Program-made: the position numbers and the translations under genes | The notes under the pieces: model-generated | The model's database searches: none | What the model saw: only the letters and a program-made list of their open reading frames with translations | What the model was told of the DNA's origin: nothing | Part shown: positions 10,147 to 20,183 of the stretch, one piece after another | Layout: the number at the start of each line of letters is the position of its first letter | How positions within the stretch are numbered: the first letter of the stretch is position 1 | Assembly: GCA_944391745.1 (NCBI GenBank) | Contig: CALXUS010000001.1 | Span: forward strand, 81,425-145,424 | DNA length: 64,000 nucleotides | Direction: 5' to 3' | Source: an uncultured Clostridia bacterium | Lineage (GTDB): Bacteria > Bacillota > Clostridia > TANB77 > CAG-508

Positions 10147-10518
10147 CTATTTTGCTGCTTTGCTCTTGCTAACCAATTTTCTTGGTCCTTTTCTTGTACG
10201 AGCATTAGTTTTTGTTCTTTGTCCTCTAACTGGTAATCCTTTTCTATGTCTTGTTCCTCTATAGCATCCCATTTCAACAAGTTGTTTTATATTTAAAGCT
10301 ACTTCTCTTCTTAAATCACCTTCAACAGTGTATCCGTCCATAGCTTTTCTTATTGCTTGTTCTTGTTCTGCTGTTAAGTCCTTAACTCTAGTATCTGGAT
10401 TAACTCCAGCTTCTTTTAGTATTTTTTGAGAACTTTTTAAACCTATACCATAAATGTATGTTAGTCCTATTTCTACCCTTTTTTCTTTAGGTAAATCTAC
10501 TCCTGCTAAACGAGCCAT
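10147..10518 (-). CDS. rpsM: 30S ribosomal protein S13
   Basis: The ORF-track ORF extends to 10584. The conserved start [10 protein letters not shown] corresponds to the ATG at 10518. Confidence 0.9.
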   Translation of the reverse strand: MARLAGVDLPKEKRVEIGLTYIYGIGLKSSQKILKEAGVNPDTRVKDLTAEQEQAIRKAMDGYTVEGDLRREVALNIKQLVEMGCYRGTRHRKGLPVRGQRTKTNARTRKGPRKLVSKSKAAK

Positions 10519-10650
10519 ATTTGCACCTCTTTCTAAATATTTTGTATTTTGTTTGTTTATATTCGTTCTAAAGGTGAAATGCATTAAATATTTTATATAA
10601 ATATGGTTAGAAAGGTTTTAGCATAATTTATAAAAAATATTTAATCTTTA

Positions 10651-10710
10651 GAAAAAAATAAACATATATATAAACACAAATCTAAAATCAGCCGCTTGCT
10701 AGATTTGTGT
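10651..10710 (-). terminator. Terminator or attenuator-like hairpin between rpmJ and rpsM
   Basis: 11-bp inverted repeat acacaaatcta/tagatttgtgt (10674-10710), followed on the minus strand by a T-rich run. Confidence 0.35.
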
Positions 10711-10732
10711 TGATACCAAAAAAATAATTAAA

Positions 10733-10846
10733 TTAACCTTGTCTTTGTTTATGCTTTGGATTTTCGCATATAACTCTTATTACACCTTTTCTTTTGATTA
10801 CTTTGCACTTGTCGCACATTTTCTTTACAGATGGTCTTACCTTCAC
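10733..10846 (-). CDS. rpmJ: 50S ribosomal protein L36 (GTG start). Not in the ORF track.
   Basis: Manual translation: [40 protein letters not shown] ggagg upstream. Confidence 0.9.
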   Translation of the reverse strand: MKVRPSVKKMCDKCKVIKRKGVIRVICENPKHKQRQG

Positions 10847-10974
10847 TTTGAACACCTCCTACTACTTTAGCCTTAAGCTTATATGTGAAGTCAAGTACCT
10901 TTAGTACCTCACTTCACACTAAAGCTCTAAGCTTTTATTTTATAATTAAATATTTATTTTAATTGTTGCTATTA

Positions 10975-11193
10975 TTATTTAGCTCTCCAAGTTATTCTTC
11001 CTTTTGTTAAATCATAAGGTGATAATTCAACTTTAACTTTATCTCCTGGTAATATTTTTATATAATTCATTCTTAATTTTCCAGAAATATGAGCTAGAAT
11101 TTCATGTCCATTTTCTAGTTTAACTTTAAATAGAGTATTAGGTAATGCTTCTGAAACAACACCTTCTACTTCAATAACATCTTCCTTAGACAT
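10975..11193 (-). CDS. infA: Translation initiation factor IF-1
   Basis: 72 aa, canonical IF-1 S1-like sequence. Confidence 0.95.
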   Translation of the reverse strand: MSKEDVIEVEGVVSEALPNTLFKVKLENGHEILAHISGKLRMNYIKILPGDKVKVELSPYDLTKGRITWRAK

Positions 11194-11279
11194 TAATTTA
11201 ATTTCCCCCTAATAATAGTTTACATAGTGAAAATACATAAAACATATTTTCACAATAGCTATTATATTATATAATATTT

Positions 11280-12050
11280 TTATGATAATGTCAATATTTC
11301 TGGCTCTTTTTCTGTAATTAAAATTGTATTTTCATAGTGTGCAGATAAACTTTCATCCACTGTCCATATTGACCAGCCATCGTCACCTTCGCAAATTTCT
11401 GGTGATCCTGCTACTACCATTGGCTCAATTGCTAGAGTCATGCCAGGTTCAAGTCTTATTCCTTTTCCAGCTTTTCCGTAGTTTGGAATTCCTGGATCTT
11501 CATGCATTTCTCTTCCAATTCCATGTCCTTGGAATTCTCTTATTACATCAAATCCATTTTCTTGAACAAAGCTTCCAATAGCATGACTTATGTCACCTAA
11601 TCTGTTTCCTTTTTTAGCAAATTTTATTCCTTCAAAAAATGCTTGTTTTGTTATTTCTACTAATCTTTTTGCTTCGTCTGAAACTTCTCCAACGCAATAA
11701 GTTCTTGCGCAATCACCATTAAAACCATCCTTATATGCAACTAAATCAATACTTATAATATCTCCTTCTTTTAGTATTGCATATTTTGAAGGAATCCCAT
11801 GAATTATATTATCATTTATTGATGCACAAATTGAAGCTGGGAAATCTGGAACTCCTTTCATTCCACTTGGATATCCTTTTTCAGCGGGAATTGCTCCATT
11901 TTCCCTCATTGTTGTTTCAGCAATTTGGTCTAATTCATAAGTTGAAACTCCTGGTTTAATCGCTCTTTCTATAGCTTTTTGTGCTAAGTTTGCTACTCTA
12001 CAAGCTTCTCTCATTTTTTCTATTTCATTTTTTGATTTAATATATACCAT
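11280..12050 (-). CDS. map: Methionine aminopeptidase, type I
   Basis: The conserved start MVYIKSKNEIEKMREA corresponds to the ATG at 12050. Metal-binding residues present. Confidence 0.9.
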   Translation of the reverse strand: MVYIKSKNEIEKMREACRVANLAQKAIERAIKPGVSTYELDQIAETTMRENGAIPAEKGYPSGMKGVPDFPASICASINDNIIHGIPSKYAILKEGDIISIDLVAYKDGFNGDCARTYCVGEVSDEAKRLVEITKQAFFEGIKFAKKGNRLGDISHAIGSFVQENGFDVIREFQGHGIGREMHEDPGIPNYGKAGKGIRLEPGMTLAIEPMVVAGSPEICEGDDGWSIWTVDESLSAHYENTILITEKEPEILTLS

Positions 12051-12069
12051 TTTTATTACCTTCTTTACG

Positions 12070-12155
12070 AAGCTGCTTTTGGGGACACCATCCAAAAACA
12101 GCTTATTTATTTTTTACTTTTTAGCTGTTTTTGGAAGGTGTCCCTGAAAACAGCT
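12070..12155. repeat. Two inverted copies of a roughly 33-nt hairpin-forming element in the adk-map intercistronic region
   Basis: Copy 1 at 12070-12104 and copy 2 at 12123-12155 are near-perfect reverse complements of each other (agctgtttttgga(a/t)ggtgtccc...aaaacagct). Each is itself a 9-bp stem-loop. Confidence 0.5.
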
Positions 12156-12813
12156 ATTTTCTATTGTCTATTCTTCTTTCAGCCTCAAGGGTTGTATCTT
12201 CTTTTGTTGTTTCTGAATATATATTTATTGGAATAGATTCTAATAAATTTTCATTTTTATAATATTCAATTAATGGTTCTGTATTTTCATGATATACTTC
12301 AAGTCTTTGTTTGATTGTTTCTGGTTCGTCATCTTTTCTTTTTATTAATGGAGAACCACATCTGTCACATATTCCTTCAACCTTTGGAGGCATAAATACT
12401 GTATTATATGATGCTCCACATTCTTTATTTGAGCAAATTACTCTGCTTGATGTTCTTGTAATTATATCCTTATCTGGAACGTCTAAGTTTATTACTGCTG
12501 TTATCTTTTTACCTTTAGATTCTAAATATTTATCTAAAGCTTCTGCTTGTGGTATTGTTCTTGGGAATCCATCTAATAATACATTTTCAAGTTTATCTAG
12601 TTTTCCTTCTACCATAGCTATTGTTACTTCATCTGGTACTAGATTTCCTTTAGATATATATTCTTCAGCTTTTTTACCAAGTTCTGTTTGCCTTTTCATT
12701 TCATCTCTGAAAATATCTCCTGTTGCTAAATGTACTAAATTAAATTTATCACATATCTCATTTCCTATTGTTCCTTTTCCGCTTCCTGGAGCACCTAACA
12801 TTATTATATACAT
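12154..12813 (-). CDS. adk: Adenylate kinase (long type, with zinc-finger lid CxxC...CxxC)
   Basis: Start MYIIMLGAPGSGKGT (P-loop). Lid cysteines CSNKEC...CDRC. Confidence 0.92.
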   Translation of the reverse strand: MYIIMLGAPGSGKGTIGNEICDKFNLVHLATGDIFRDEMKRQTELGKKAEEYISKGNLVPDEVTIAMVEGKLDKLENVLLDGFPRTIPQAEALDKYLESKGKKITAVINLDVPDKDIITRTSSRVICSNKECGASYNTVFMPPKVEGICDRCGSPLIKRKDDEPETIKQRLEVYHENTEPLIEYYKNENLLESIPINIYSETTKEDTTLEAERRIDNRK

Positions 12814-13126
12814 ATTCTTTCTTCCTTTCATTTAATTTACTCTTAATTGTATTATTACTATTATTTTTTATAAAGTTTTCATTTCGCATTTTATATTTTA
12901 GTACTTTTTTTTGTGTTTGTCAATTGTATATTTTTCAAGTCTTGTTTGCTTTCTTGTTCGCATATTTTTCTAGATTCTTTCTATTTTTATTTGAGGTACT
13001 AAGCTTTTGCATTACTAAAAATTTGCTTTTTTTTGTAATTTATGATATAATTATTTAAATCGGATCGTCTGATTATTCCTTCCTCTTGGATGGAATTCGG
13101 CACATTGAAAAAAGGAGCGTAAAAAA

Positions 13127-13552
13127 ATGAAAAAAACTTACATCAGCAAGACCCTCGTTACCGTAATTGTCATGATTGTCGCAATTGTATGCGTCAGCAT
13201 CCATATGTTCGACAATCGCATCACGGCATTTGATGAGGGAACTTACACCCGGGTTGTCTACTCCAATGGAACGTGGAAAGCTTATGACACTGTTACCACC
13301 AGTGTTGATTACGAGTACCGCGTCAGTTCAGAACAAGTAAAGGACTTCATCGAAAATGCAGTGTTAAAGGCAAATGGTGATGTTAAAATCACCGCTCGAG
13401 CAAACGGTATGGACTTGATTGTCTATGTTGAAGGCAGTAAATTTTCTGACAGTCAATACTTTAAAGCTCGTTTCATCGATTTGATTCTCAACCCTTACGC
13501 ATTTGATGTGCGGGATGCAATTAGAGATGTAAGCTCTGCAACCCAAGTTTAA
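13127..13552 (+). CDS. Hypothetical membrane-anchored protein (141 aa), encoded on a GC-rich insertion inside the ribosomal superoperon
   Basis: Strong RBS aaaaaggagcg. N-terminal TM. Codons such as ccg, cgc, cgg that are rare elsewhere in the window. Own terminator downstream. Confidence 0.6.
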   Translation: MKKTYISKTLVTVIVMIVAIVCVSIHMFDNRITAFDEGTYTRVVYSNGTWKAYDTVTTSVDYEYRVSSEQVKDFIENAVLKANGDVKITARANGMDLIVYVEGSKFSDSQYFKARFIDLILNPYAFDVRDAIRDVSSATQV

Positions 13553-13562
13553 ATGTGTCGAT

Positions 13563-13616
13563 AGGCTTTCACTTCTTTCCAATAATTTGGAACTGGTGAA
13601 AGCCTGTCGTTTTTAT
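13563..13616 (+). terminator. Intrinsic terminator of the inserted gene
   Basis: aggctttcac ... gtgaaagcct, followed by gtcgttttta. Confidence 0.6.
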
Positions 13617-13732
13617 TTATTAATTTAAGTATTAGATATTTCTTATTTTCAATAATATTTTATCTATAAAATTTAAAATTCTTTTATAAAAAAATGAACT
13701 TCAAGGAGTATCCCCAAAGTTCAAATTATAGT

Positions 13733-15055
13733 TTATTCTAAGAAACCTTTGTAATGTCTCATTACTAATTGTGATTGAAGTTGTTGTCCTAATTCTATTG
13801 CAACACCAACAACTATTAGAATTGATGTTCCACCAAATGCTGTATTAAATCCAGTAAATCTAATTAACATTGGTAATATAGCTATTACTGCTAAGAATAG
13901 ACCACCGAATAGTATTACTTTTGATAATACTGATGATAAGTAATCAGCAGTTGGTTTTCCGGCTCTAATTCCTGGTATAAATCCACCGTTTTGCTTAATA
14001 TTGTTAGCAACTTCTGCTGGATTAAATGTTGCATAAGTATAGAAATAGGTAAATCCTACAATTAACAATAAGTATACTATTGCATTTATTATTGTATATT
14101 GCCATCCAACATCTGATGATGATGTAGCAATTGAAAAATTATATAATACTTTTAAGAAACCTGTTAGTGATCCAACATCACTTACAAATAATTGGATTAT
14201 CATTGCTGGGAATGTCATGAATGATGATGCAAAAATTATTGGCATAACACTAGCCATTGCAGGTTTAATTGGAATATGTGTATTTTGAGCTCCAACCATT
14301 CTTCTTCCAACAACTTTTTTAGAATATTGTACTGGTATTCTTCTTTCAGATAGTTGTACAAATACAACTCCTATTATTAATACTAATACTCCTATTAATA
14401 TTCCTATGGCAGTTAATAGCCCTGTTGTACTAAATGCTCCATCAACTACTATATTGCTAGCTATAGCAACAACTGCACTTGGTAAAGATGATACTATACC
14501 AGCAAATATTAACATTGATATACCATTACCAATTCCTTTTGATGTGATTTTATCTCCTAACCACATTAATAATGAAGTTCCTGCCATTAATGCAACAACT
14601 ACAACAACTCCAGTAAGTATATTTTCATCAACGAATAGTCCTGAAGATCTATATGATAAATATATTCCTAGACCTTCAACTAAAGCTAGTGCTAAAGTTA
14701 TAAGTTTTGTATATCTATCAACTTTCTTTCTACCTTCTTCTCCACCTTCCATTGTTAATTTTCTAAGTGGAGGTATAATTATTCCTAATAATTGTATTAC
14801 AATTGATGCTGTAATATATGGTGTTATTGACATTGCGAAAATAGATAATCTTGAGAATGCACCACCTGAAATCATATTAATTAATCCAGTAACTGTATTT
14901 GAATATGATTCCATTGATGATTCCAATGATACTATATCAACACCAGGTACTGTTATGTAGCAACCTAATCTAAAGATTACTAACAATAATAATGTGTATA
15001 ACATTTTCTTTCTTATTTCAGGAGTTTTAAAAGCGTTTTTTATTGTCTTTAGCAA
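13733..15055 (-). CDS. secY: Preprotein translocase subunit SecY
   Basis: 440 aa, 10-TM SecY sequence. Confidence 0.95.
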   Translation of the reverse strand: MLKTIKNAFKTPEIRKKMLYTLLLLVIFRLGCYITVPGVDIVSLESSMESYSNTVTGLINMISGGAFSRLSIFAMSITPYITASIVIQLLGIIIPPLRKLTMEGGEEGRKKVDRYTKLITLALALVEGLGIYLSYRSSGLFVDENILTGVVVVVALMAGTSLLMWLGDKITSKGIGNGISMLIFAGIVSSLPSAVVAIASNIVVDGAFSTTGLLTAIGILIGVLVLIIGVVFVQLSERRIPVQYSKKVVGRRMVGAQNTHIPIKPAMASVMPIIFASSFMTFPAMIIQLFVSDVGSLTGFLKVLYNFSIATSSSDVGWQYTIINAIVYLLLIVGFTYFYTYATFNPAEVANNIKQNGGFIPGIRAGKPTADYLSSVLSKVILFGGLFLAVIAILPMLIRFTGFNTAFGGTSILIVVGVAIELGQQLQSQLVMRHYKGFLE

Positions 15056-15490
15056 CTATATCACCTCTGCCTTTCCGCCTAAAGCTTCAATTTGTTCTTT
15101 AGCAGATTTAGTGAATCTCACAGCTTTGACATTTAATTTTTTGTCAAGTTTTCCAGTTGCTATAACAACTATTCCGTCATTTTCTTTGCTTATTATTCTA
15201 TCTTTTATTAAGCTTTCAGCTGTAACATCTGTTACTGTAGATTTATTAAGCATTGTTAATGTTACTTCTGTATAATTTTTAGCAAATTTGTTTGTGAATC
15301 CTCTCTTTGGTAATCTTCTATATAATGGTGTTTGACCACCTTCAAATCCACGTCTAACTCCTCCGCCAGATCTTGCTTTTTGACCTTTATGTCCTCTACC
15401 AGATGTTTTTCCAAGTCCTGAACCGATTCCACGTCCAACTCTTGTTCTTGCTGTTTTTGCTTGTGCTGGTTTTAATTCGTCTAATTTCAT
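15056..15490 (-). CDS. rplO: 50S ribosomal protein L15
   Basis: 144 aa, Gly/Arg-rich N-terminus. Confidence 0.95.
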   Translation of the reverse strand: MKLDELKPAQAKTARTRVGRGIGSGLGKTSGRGHKGQKARSGGGVRRGFEGGQTPLYRRLPKRGFTNKFAKNYTEVTLTMLNKSTVTDVTAESLIKDRIISKENDGIVVIATGKLDKKLNVKAVRFTKSAKEQIEALGGKAEVI

Positions 15491-15610
15491 ATAGATTACA
15501 CCTCCTTAATTAATTTTTAGAGTTTCCATTCTGTAGAATATTTTACATTTTCCTAATTAATTATTCAATAAGAATTTTAATATTCCTCAGAAAATTTCAG
15601 ATATTTTTTA

Positions 15611-16099
15611 TTATTTGATATCTTCTACTTTTTTTCCTCTTTTTTTAGCTACTTGTTCGATAGTTTGCATACTCTTTAATCCTTCTATTGTTGCATATAC
15701 AACATTTCTTGGATTGTTTGTTCCTAGAACTTTAGTTCTAACATCTCTGTATCCGGCAAGTTCTAGAACTGGTCTTACACTACCTCCAGTAATAAGTCCA
15801 GTACCTTCTGCAGCTGGCTTAAGCATTACGCTTGCACTACCGAATTTTCCTATATATTCATGAGGTACTGTTGTTCCTACGATTGGAACTTCTACTAAAT
15901 TCTTCTTAGCATCTTCGATTGCTTTTTTGATAGCATCTGGAACTTCAGCTGCTTTTCCATTTCCTACGCCTACTTTTCCTTTTCCATCTCCAACAACAAC
16001 TACTGCGCTAAATCTGAAAGTTCTACCACCTTTTACAACTTTAGCAACTCTGCTGATGGCTACAACTTTTTCTTTTAATTCAGTTTCGTTTTCTTGCAC
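15611..16099 (-). CDS. rpsE: 30S ribosomal protein S5
   Basis: 162 aa. Conserved [16 protein letters not shown]. Confidence 0.95.
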   Translation of the reverse strand: MQENETELKEKVVAISRVAKVVKGGRTFRFSAVVVVGDGKGKVGVGNGKAAEVPDAIKKAIEDAKKNLVEVPIVGTTVPHEYIGKFGSASVMLKPAAEGTGLITGGSVRPVLELAGYRDVRTKVLGTNNPRNVVYATIEGLKSMQTIEQVAKKRGKKVEDIK

Positions 16100-16117
16100 T
16101 TGATTTTCCTCCTTCTC

Positions 16118-16477
16118 TTAAAAATTTAATCCGCCTTGTCTTGCGCTTTCAGCTAATTCTTTTACAACTCCATGATATTGATATCCACTTCTATCAAATA
16201 CAACGTCAACTATTTTCTTGTCTTTTGCTCTTTTTGCTATTAGAGCTCCAACTTCTTTAGCTGCTTCTTTATTTGCATGCTTTGTTTTTACTTCTTTGTC
16301 CATTGTTGAAGCACTTACTAAAGTATTTCCATTAACGTCATCTATAATTTGAGCATAGATATTTGTATTACTTCTATACATACATAGTCTTGGGCATTCA
16401 GGTGTTCCACTGATTTTTCTACGAACTCTTGCATGTCTTCTATCTCTTTCAAATTTTCTATCTGTTTTAGAAATCAT
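16118..16477 (-). CDS. rplR: 50S ribosomal protein L18
   Basis: 119 aa, canonical. Confidence 0.95.
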   Translation of the reverse strand: MISKTDRKFERDRRHARVRRKISGTPECPRLCMYRSNTNIYAQIIDDVNGNTLVSASTMDKEVKTKHANKEAAKEVGALIAKRAKDKKIVDVVFDRSGYQYHGVVKELAESARQGGLNF

Positions 16478-16540
16478 TGATTTTCTCCTTTCTATAATTA
16501 TTGGTATTGTAAGAAACTCAAATTAGTATATTGCTAATTT

Positions 16541-17074
16541 TTATTTCTTACCAGTTTTACCTTCCTTACGTCTAATATGTTCTTCAACATATTTGATACC
16601 TTTTCCTCTATAAACTTCTGGTGGTCTCTTGCTTCTTACAACAGCAGCTGTTTGACCAACTAGCTCTTTGCTTACACCTCTAACAATTATAGAGTTTGCA
16701 CTTGGTACATCAAATGTAATTCCTTCTGGTGCTTCCATCTCTACTGGATGTGAGTAACCTAAATTCATTACTAATTTTGTTCCTTGTTTTTGTGCTCTGT
16801 AACCTACACCATTGATTTCAAGTGCTCTTGTAAATTCTTTTGTTACACCTTCAATCATGTTGCTTATTAATGTTCTTGTTAGTCCGTGTAAGTTTCCATA
16901 TTCTTCTGATGGAATTTCTACTTTTACTTCTTTGTCTTCTACTTTTACAGTAACATTATGATTTAAGTCTCTTTCTAATGTTCCTTTTGGTCCTTTTACA
17001 GAAATGTGACTTCCATTAACTGTTACTTCAACACCATCAGGTATTGCTATAGGTTTCTTTCCTATTCTTGACAT
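16541..17074 (-). CDS. rplF: 50S ribosomal protein L6
   Basis: 177 aa, MSRIGKKPIAIP. Confidence 0.95.
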   Translation of the reverse strand: MSRIGKKPIAIPDGVEVTVNGSHISVKGPKGTLERDLNHNVTVKVEDKEVKVEIPSEEYGNLHGLTRTLISNMIEGVTKEFTRALEINGVGYRAQKQGTKLVMNLGYSHPVEMEAPEGITFDVPSANSIIVRGVSKELVGQTAAVVRSKRPPEVYRGKGIKYVEEHIRRKEGKTGKK

Positions 17075-17520
17075 TTGGATTCTCCTCCTTCTTTTAATTT
17101 TTTTGATTTTTTATTTATACGTGTATATAAAATAATGTTTAGTATTGTTGGTATTGTATATAATACCAATAATGCACATAACTCACCCTTAGCACTTTTT
17201 GGCATGCCAGTTGCTAAATTTATTATAATATTAAAGGTCCAATGTGCAAGTATTACTAATAATGCAACAAAAACTATATAAATAAAATATTTGATTTTAG
17301 TCTTCATGTTCTTTATTTTTATAGTTTTTATAATAGATTTTACTATTAGCACTAAGTTAATAAGTAGTAATACTATTCTTAAAATACCAATTATATACCA
17401 AATCCAATTTTCTGTTTCATTTATATTTGGTACTGGCTCTAGTGACTGATTTGCCGTTACCTTACTTGTTAATATTATCATTATTACTATAATCAATACT
17501 ACACTAAGTTTTTTTACCAA
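17062..17520 (-). CDS. Hypothetical 4-TM membrane protein (152 aa, TTG start) that fills an atypical 480-bp spacer between rpsH and rplF
   Basis: Long same-strand ORF in an AT-rich region, with four predicted TM helices. Ends at the rplF RBS and start. Begins at TTG. The nearby ATG is out of frame because of an A7 tract. Confidence 0.3.
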   Translation of the reverse strand: MVKKLSVVLIIVIMIILTSKVTANQSLEPVPNINETENWIWYIIGILRIVLLLINLVLIVKSIIKTIKIKNMKTKIKYFIYIVFVALLVILAHWTFNIIINLATGMPKSAKGELCALLVLYTIPTILNIILYTRINKKSKKLKEGGESKCQE

Positions 17521-17557
17521 TTTTTTTCATTATTTTATCCCACTTTAAATTTATATA

Positions 17558-17956
17558 TTACCAAACATAAGCTAAAACTTCTCCACCTAAACCTTCTTTT
17601 CTAGCTTCTTTATCTGTTTTTATTCCTTTAGATGTTGAAATTAATGCTATACCTAAACCATTTAATACTTGTGGTAATTCATCTTTGTTAACATATATTC
17701 TTAAACCTGGTTTACTAATTCTTTTTAAACCATCTATTACTCTTTTTCCGTTTTCATCGTATTTTAGAGTAATTCTTAACATTCCTTGTTTTTCATCTTT
17801 TATTTCTTCAAAAGATGCTATATATCCTTCATCAAGTAAGATTTGAGCTATAGCTCTTTTCATATTTGATGCTGGAACGTCAACTTCCTTATGTTTAGCA
17901 CTATTTGCATTTCTTATTCTTGTTAGCATATCTGCTATTGGGTCTGTTGTATTCAA
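17558..17956 (-). CDS. rpsH: 30S ribosomal protein S8
   Basis: 132 aa, canonical. Confidence 0.95.
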   Translation of the reverse strand: MNTTDPIADMLTRIRNANSAKHKEVDVPASNMKRAIAQILLDEGYIASFEEIKDEKQGMLRITLKYDENGKRVIDGLKRISKPGLRIYVNKDELPQVLNGLGIALISTSKGIKTDKEARKEGLGGEVLAYVW

Positions 17957-18123
17957 TTCTTTTCCCTCCTTTTTTTATTTTTTAATGCTTATTTGTTTAA
18001 ACTTATTTAAATTAGTATATTGCAAGGAAAGCAAGTAAAAAATTTTGAAATAATATTATTATATATTGAAAAATTTTTTACGCCGCTTGACGAAGCAAGA
18101 TGCTGATTAAAATAAGTTTAGGA

Positions 18124-18309
18124 TTACCAGCTAGCTTTCTTAACACCAGGAATTTCACCCTTATGTGCTAATTCTCTAAAGCATATACGGCAAATTCCAT
18201 ATTTTCTGATGTAAGCATGTGGTCTTCCGCAAATTTTGCATCTGTTATATTCTCTTGTCTTATATTTTTGTGGTCTAGCTTGTTTTACTTTTAAAGATTT
18301 CTTAGCCAT
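18124..18309 (-). CDS. rpsZ: 30S ribosomal protein S14, type Z (zinc-binding)
   Basis: 61 aa, [20 protein letters not shown]. Confidence 0.95.
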   Translation of the reverse strand: MAKKSLKVKQARPQKYKTREYNRCKICGRPHAYIRKYGICRICFRELAHKGEIPGVKKASW

Positions 18310-18338
18310 TTGCTTTTAATTTCCTCCTTCATTCAAAT

Positions 18339-18878
18339 TTATTTCTTGAATGGCATTCCAAGAAGAGTTAATAATTCTTTTGCCTCTTCATCTGTCTTAG
18401 CAGTTGTAACAAATATTATGTCCATGCCTCTAACTTTATCTACCTTATCATATTCGATTTCTGGGAATATTAATTGTTCTTTAATACCCATTGAGTAGTT
18501 TCCTCTTCCATCAAATGAATCGCTTGATACTCCTCTAAAATCTCTAACTCTAGGAAGTGCTACATTGAATAGTTTGTATGCAAAATCATACATTTTTCCT
18601 TTTCTTAATGTAACTTTAACTCCTACATTTACACCAGCTCTTAGTTTGAAAGCTGCTATTGATTTTTTTGATTTTGTTATAACTGGTTTTTGACCTGTTA
18701 TTGCCATAATATCTCTTACAGCTCCATCTAATGATTTAGGATCTTCTTTTGTATCACCTAAACCTATATTTAAAACTATTTTTTCTAATCTTGGAACTTC
18801 CATAATTGATTTATAGTTAAATTTTTTCATCATTGCTGGAATAATTTCTTTCTCATATTGTTCTCTTAAAATTTCCAT
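18339..18878 (-). CDS. rplE: 50S ribosomal protein L5
   Basis: 179 aa, canonical. Confidence 0.95.
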   Translation of the reverse strand: MEILREQYEKEIIPAMMKKFNYKSIMEVPRLEKIVLNIGLGDTKEDPKSLDGAVRDIMAITGQKPVITKSKKSIAAFKLRAGVNVGVKVTLRKGKMYDFAYKLFNVALPRVRDFRGVSSDSFDGRGNYSMGIKEQLIFPEIEYDKVDKVRGMDIIFVTTAKTDEEAKELLTLLGMPFKK

Positions 18879-18905
18879 AAGTCTTAAATAGACCTCCTTT
18901 CCCTA

Positions 18906-19223
18906 CTATTTAACTTTTTTTAATTCTGCTCCGCAAGATTTGCATACACGTACTTTGCCATTTTCTGTTACTTTGTAACCTATTCTTACTGCTTTTCCGC
19001 ATTTTGGGCATACTATTGCAACATTACTTGAGTTAATAGGATGTTCTGATGCAATAATTCCTCCTTCATCTCCTGCTTTTCTTGGCTTTGTTGCTCTTTT
19101 TCTTATATTAACGTCTTTTACAACGATTCTATTTTTCTTAGGAATTACTTCAAGTATTTCTCCAGTTTTTCCTTTATCGTTTCCAGATAATACTTTTACA
19201 TTATCTCCTTTTCTTAATTTCAT
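18906..19223 (-). CDS. rplX: 50S ribosomal protein L24 (C-terminal zinc-ribbon-like CxxC...CxxC)
   Basis: The KOW motif start MKLRKGDNVKVLSG is the ATG at 19223, with RBS gaggtg upstream. Confidence 0.9.
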   Translation of the reverse strand: MKLRKGDNVKVLSGNDKGKTGEILEVIPKKNRIVVKDVNIRKRATKPRKAGDEGGIIASEHPINSSNVAIVCPKCGKAVRIGYKVTENGKVRVCKSCGAELKKVK

Positions 19224-19295
19224 GTATTTCACCTCTTTCACATTTATCATTTTTGATAATGTATTTTATTTTTGTTTGCACATTTTGGCTTGCAA

Positions 19296-19664
19296 TTATA
19301 AAACTTCTGGTGCTAGAGATAATATTTTCATGTAATCATTATCTCTTAATTCTCTTGCAACAGGTCCAAATATACGTGTTCCTCTTGGTGTTTTGTCATC
19401 TTTTATTATAACTGCTGCATTTTCATCAAATCTTACCATTGTTCCATCTGCTCTTCTTATAGGTTTCTTTGTTCTAACAACAACTGCTTTAACAACTTCA
19501 CCTTTTTTTACAACGCCACCTGGTGTTGCACTTTTAACAGAAGCAACTATTACATCACCAACTGATGCATATTTTCTATATGAACCACCTAGAGCTCTTA
19601 TAACCATTATTTCTTTTGCTCCAGTGTTATCAGCTACTTTAAGTATAGTTTGTTGCTGTACCAT
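19296..19664 (-). CDS. rplN: 50S ribosomal protein L14
   Basis: 122 aa, [18 protein letters not shown]. Confidence 0.95.
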   Translation of the reverse strand: MVQQQTILKVADNTGAKEIMVIRALGGSYRKYASVGDVIVASVKSATPGGVVKKGEVVKAVVVRTKKPIRRADGTMVRFDENAAVIIKDDKTPRGTRIFGPVARELRDNDYMKILSLAPEVL

Positions 19665-19698
19665 AGCTTGATTCCTCCTTTTTTAATATTTTTTGCTC

Positions 19699-19962
19699 TT
19701 ATTTTATTACTGCCTTTTCAGTTATTTCAACAACTCTCCATCTTTTATCTTTAGATAAAGGTCTTGTTTCCATAACTCTAACTGTATCTCCAACTTGGCA
19801 TTTATTTTCTTCGTCATGAGCTTTTAATTTGTATGTTGATTTTTTAATCTTTCCATAAGTTTTATCCATTTTTCTTGTTTCAACAGCTACAACGACTGTT
19901 TTATCCATTTTGTCAGATACAACTTTTCCAACCATTGTTTTACGAAGATTTCTCTCTACCAT
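19699..19962 (-). CDS. rpsQ: 30S ribosomal protein S17
   Basis: 87 aa, canonical. Confidence 0.95.
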   Translation of the reverse strand: MVERNLRKTMVGKVVSDKMDKTVVVAVETRKMDKTYGKIKKSTYKLKAHDEENKCQVGDTVRVMETRPLSKDKRWRVVEITEKAVIK

Positions 19963-19979
19963 TATGGTATCTCCTTTCT

Positions 19980-20183
19980 TTATTTTTTACTTTCTTCTAA
20001 CTTTCTTTCTGTTAGAATTGTATTTATTCTTGCAATGTCTTTCTTTACTTCCTTGATTTTCATAGGATTATCTAATCCGTTTGTAGCTAAACTAAATCTT
20101 AATTTAAATAATTCAGTCTTTAGTTCGCTTAATTCTTTTTCTAAATCAGGTGAAGACATTTCTCTTATTTTATTAATCTTCAT
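19980..20183 (-). CDS. rpmC: 50S ribosomal protein L29
   Basis: ATG at 20183 ([10 protein letters not shown]) with RBS aggtgg. The ORF-track start at 20195 is an in-frame GTG. Confidence 0.9.
   Translation of the reverse strand: MKINKIREMSSPDLEKELSELKTELFKLRFSLATNGLDNPMKIKEVKKDIARINTILTERKLEESKK

Noticed and set aside
12311-12835. 174-aa plus-strand ORF opposite adk, and similar antisense ORFs opposite secY (14406..14960), rplV (21452..21892), rplW (23245..23589), the ATPase (57681..57953), etc.
   Set aside because: All overlap high-confidence conserved genes on the other strand and have low-complexity composition.
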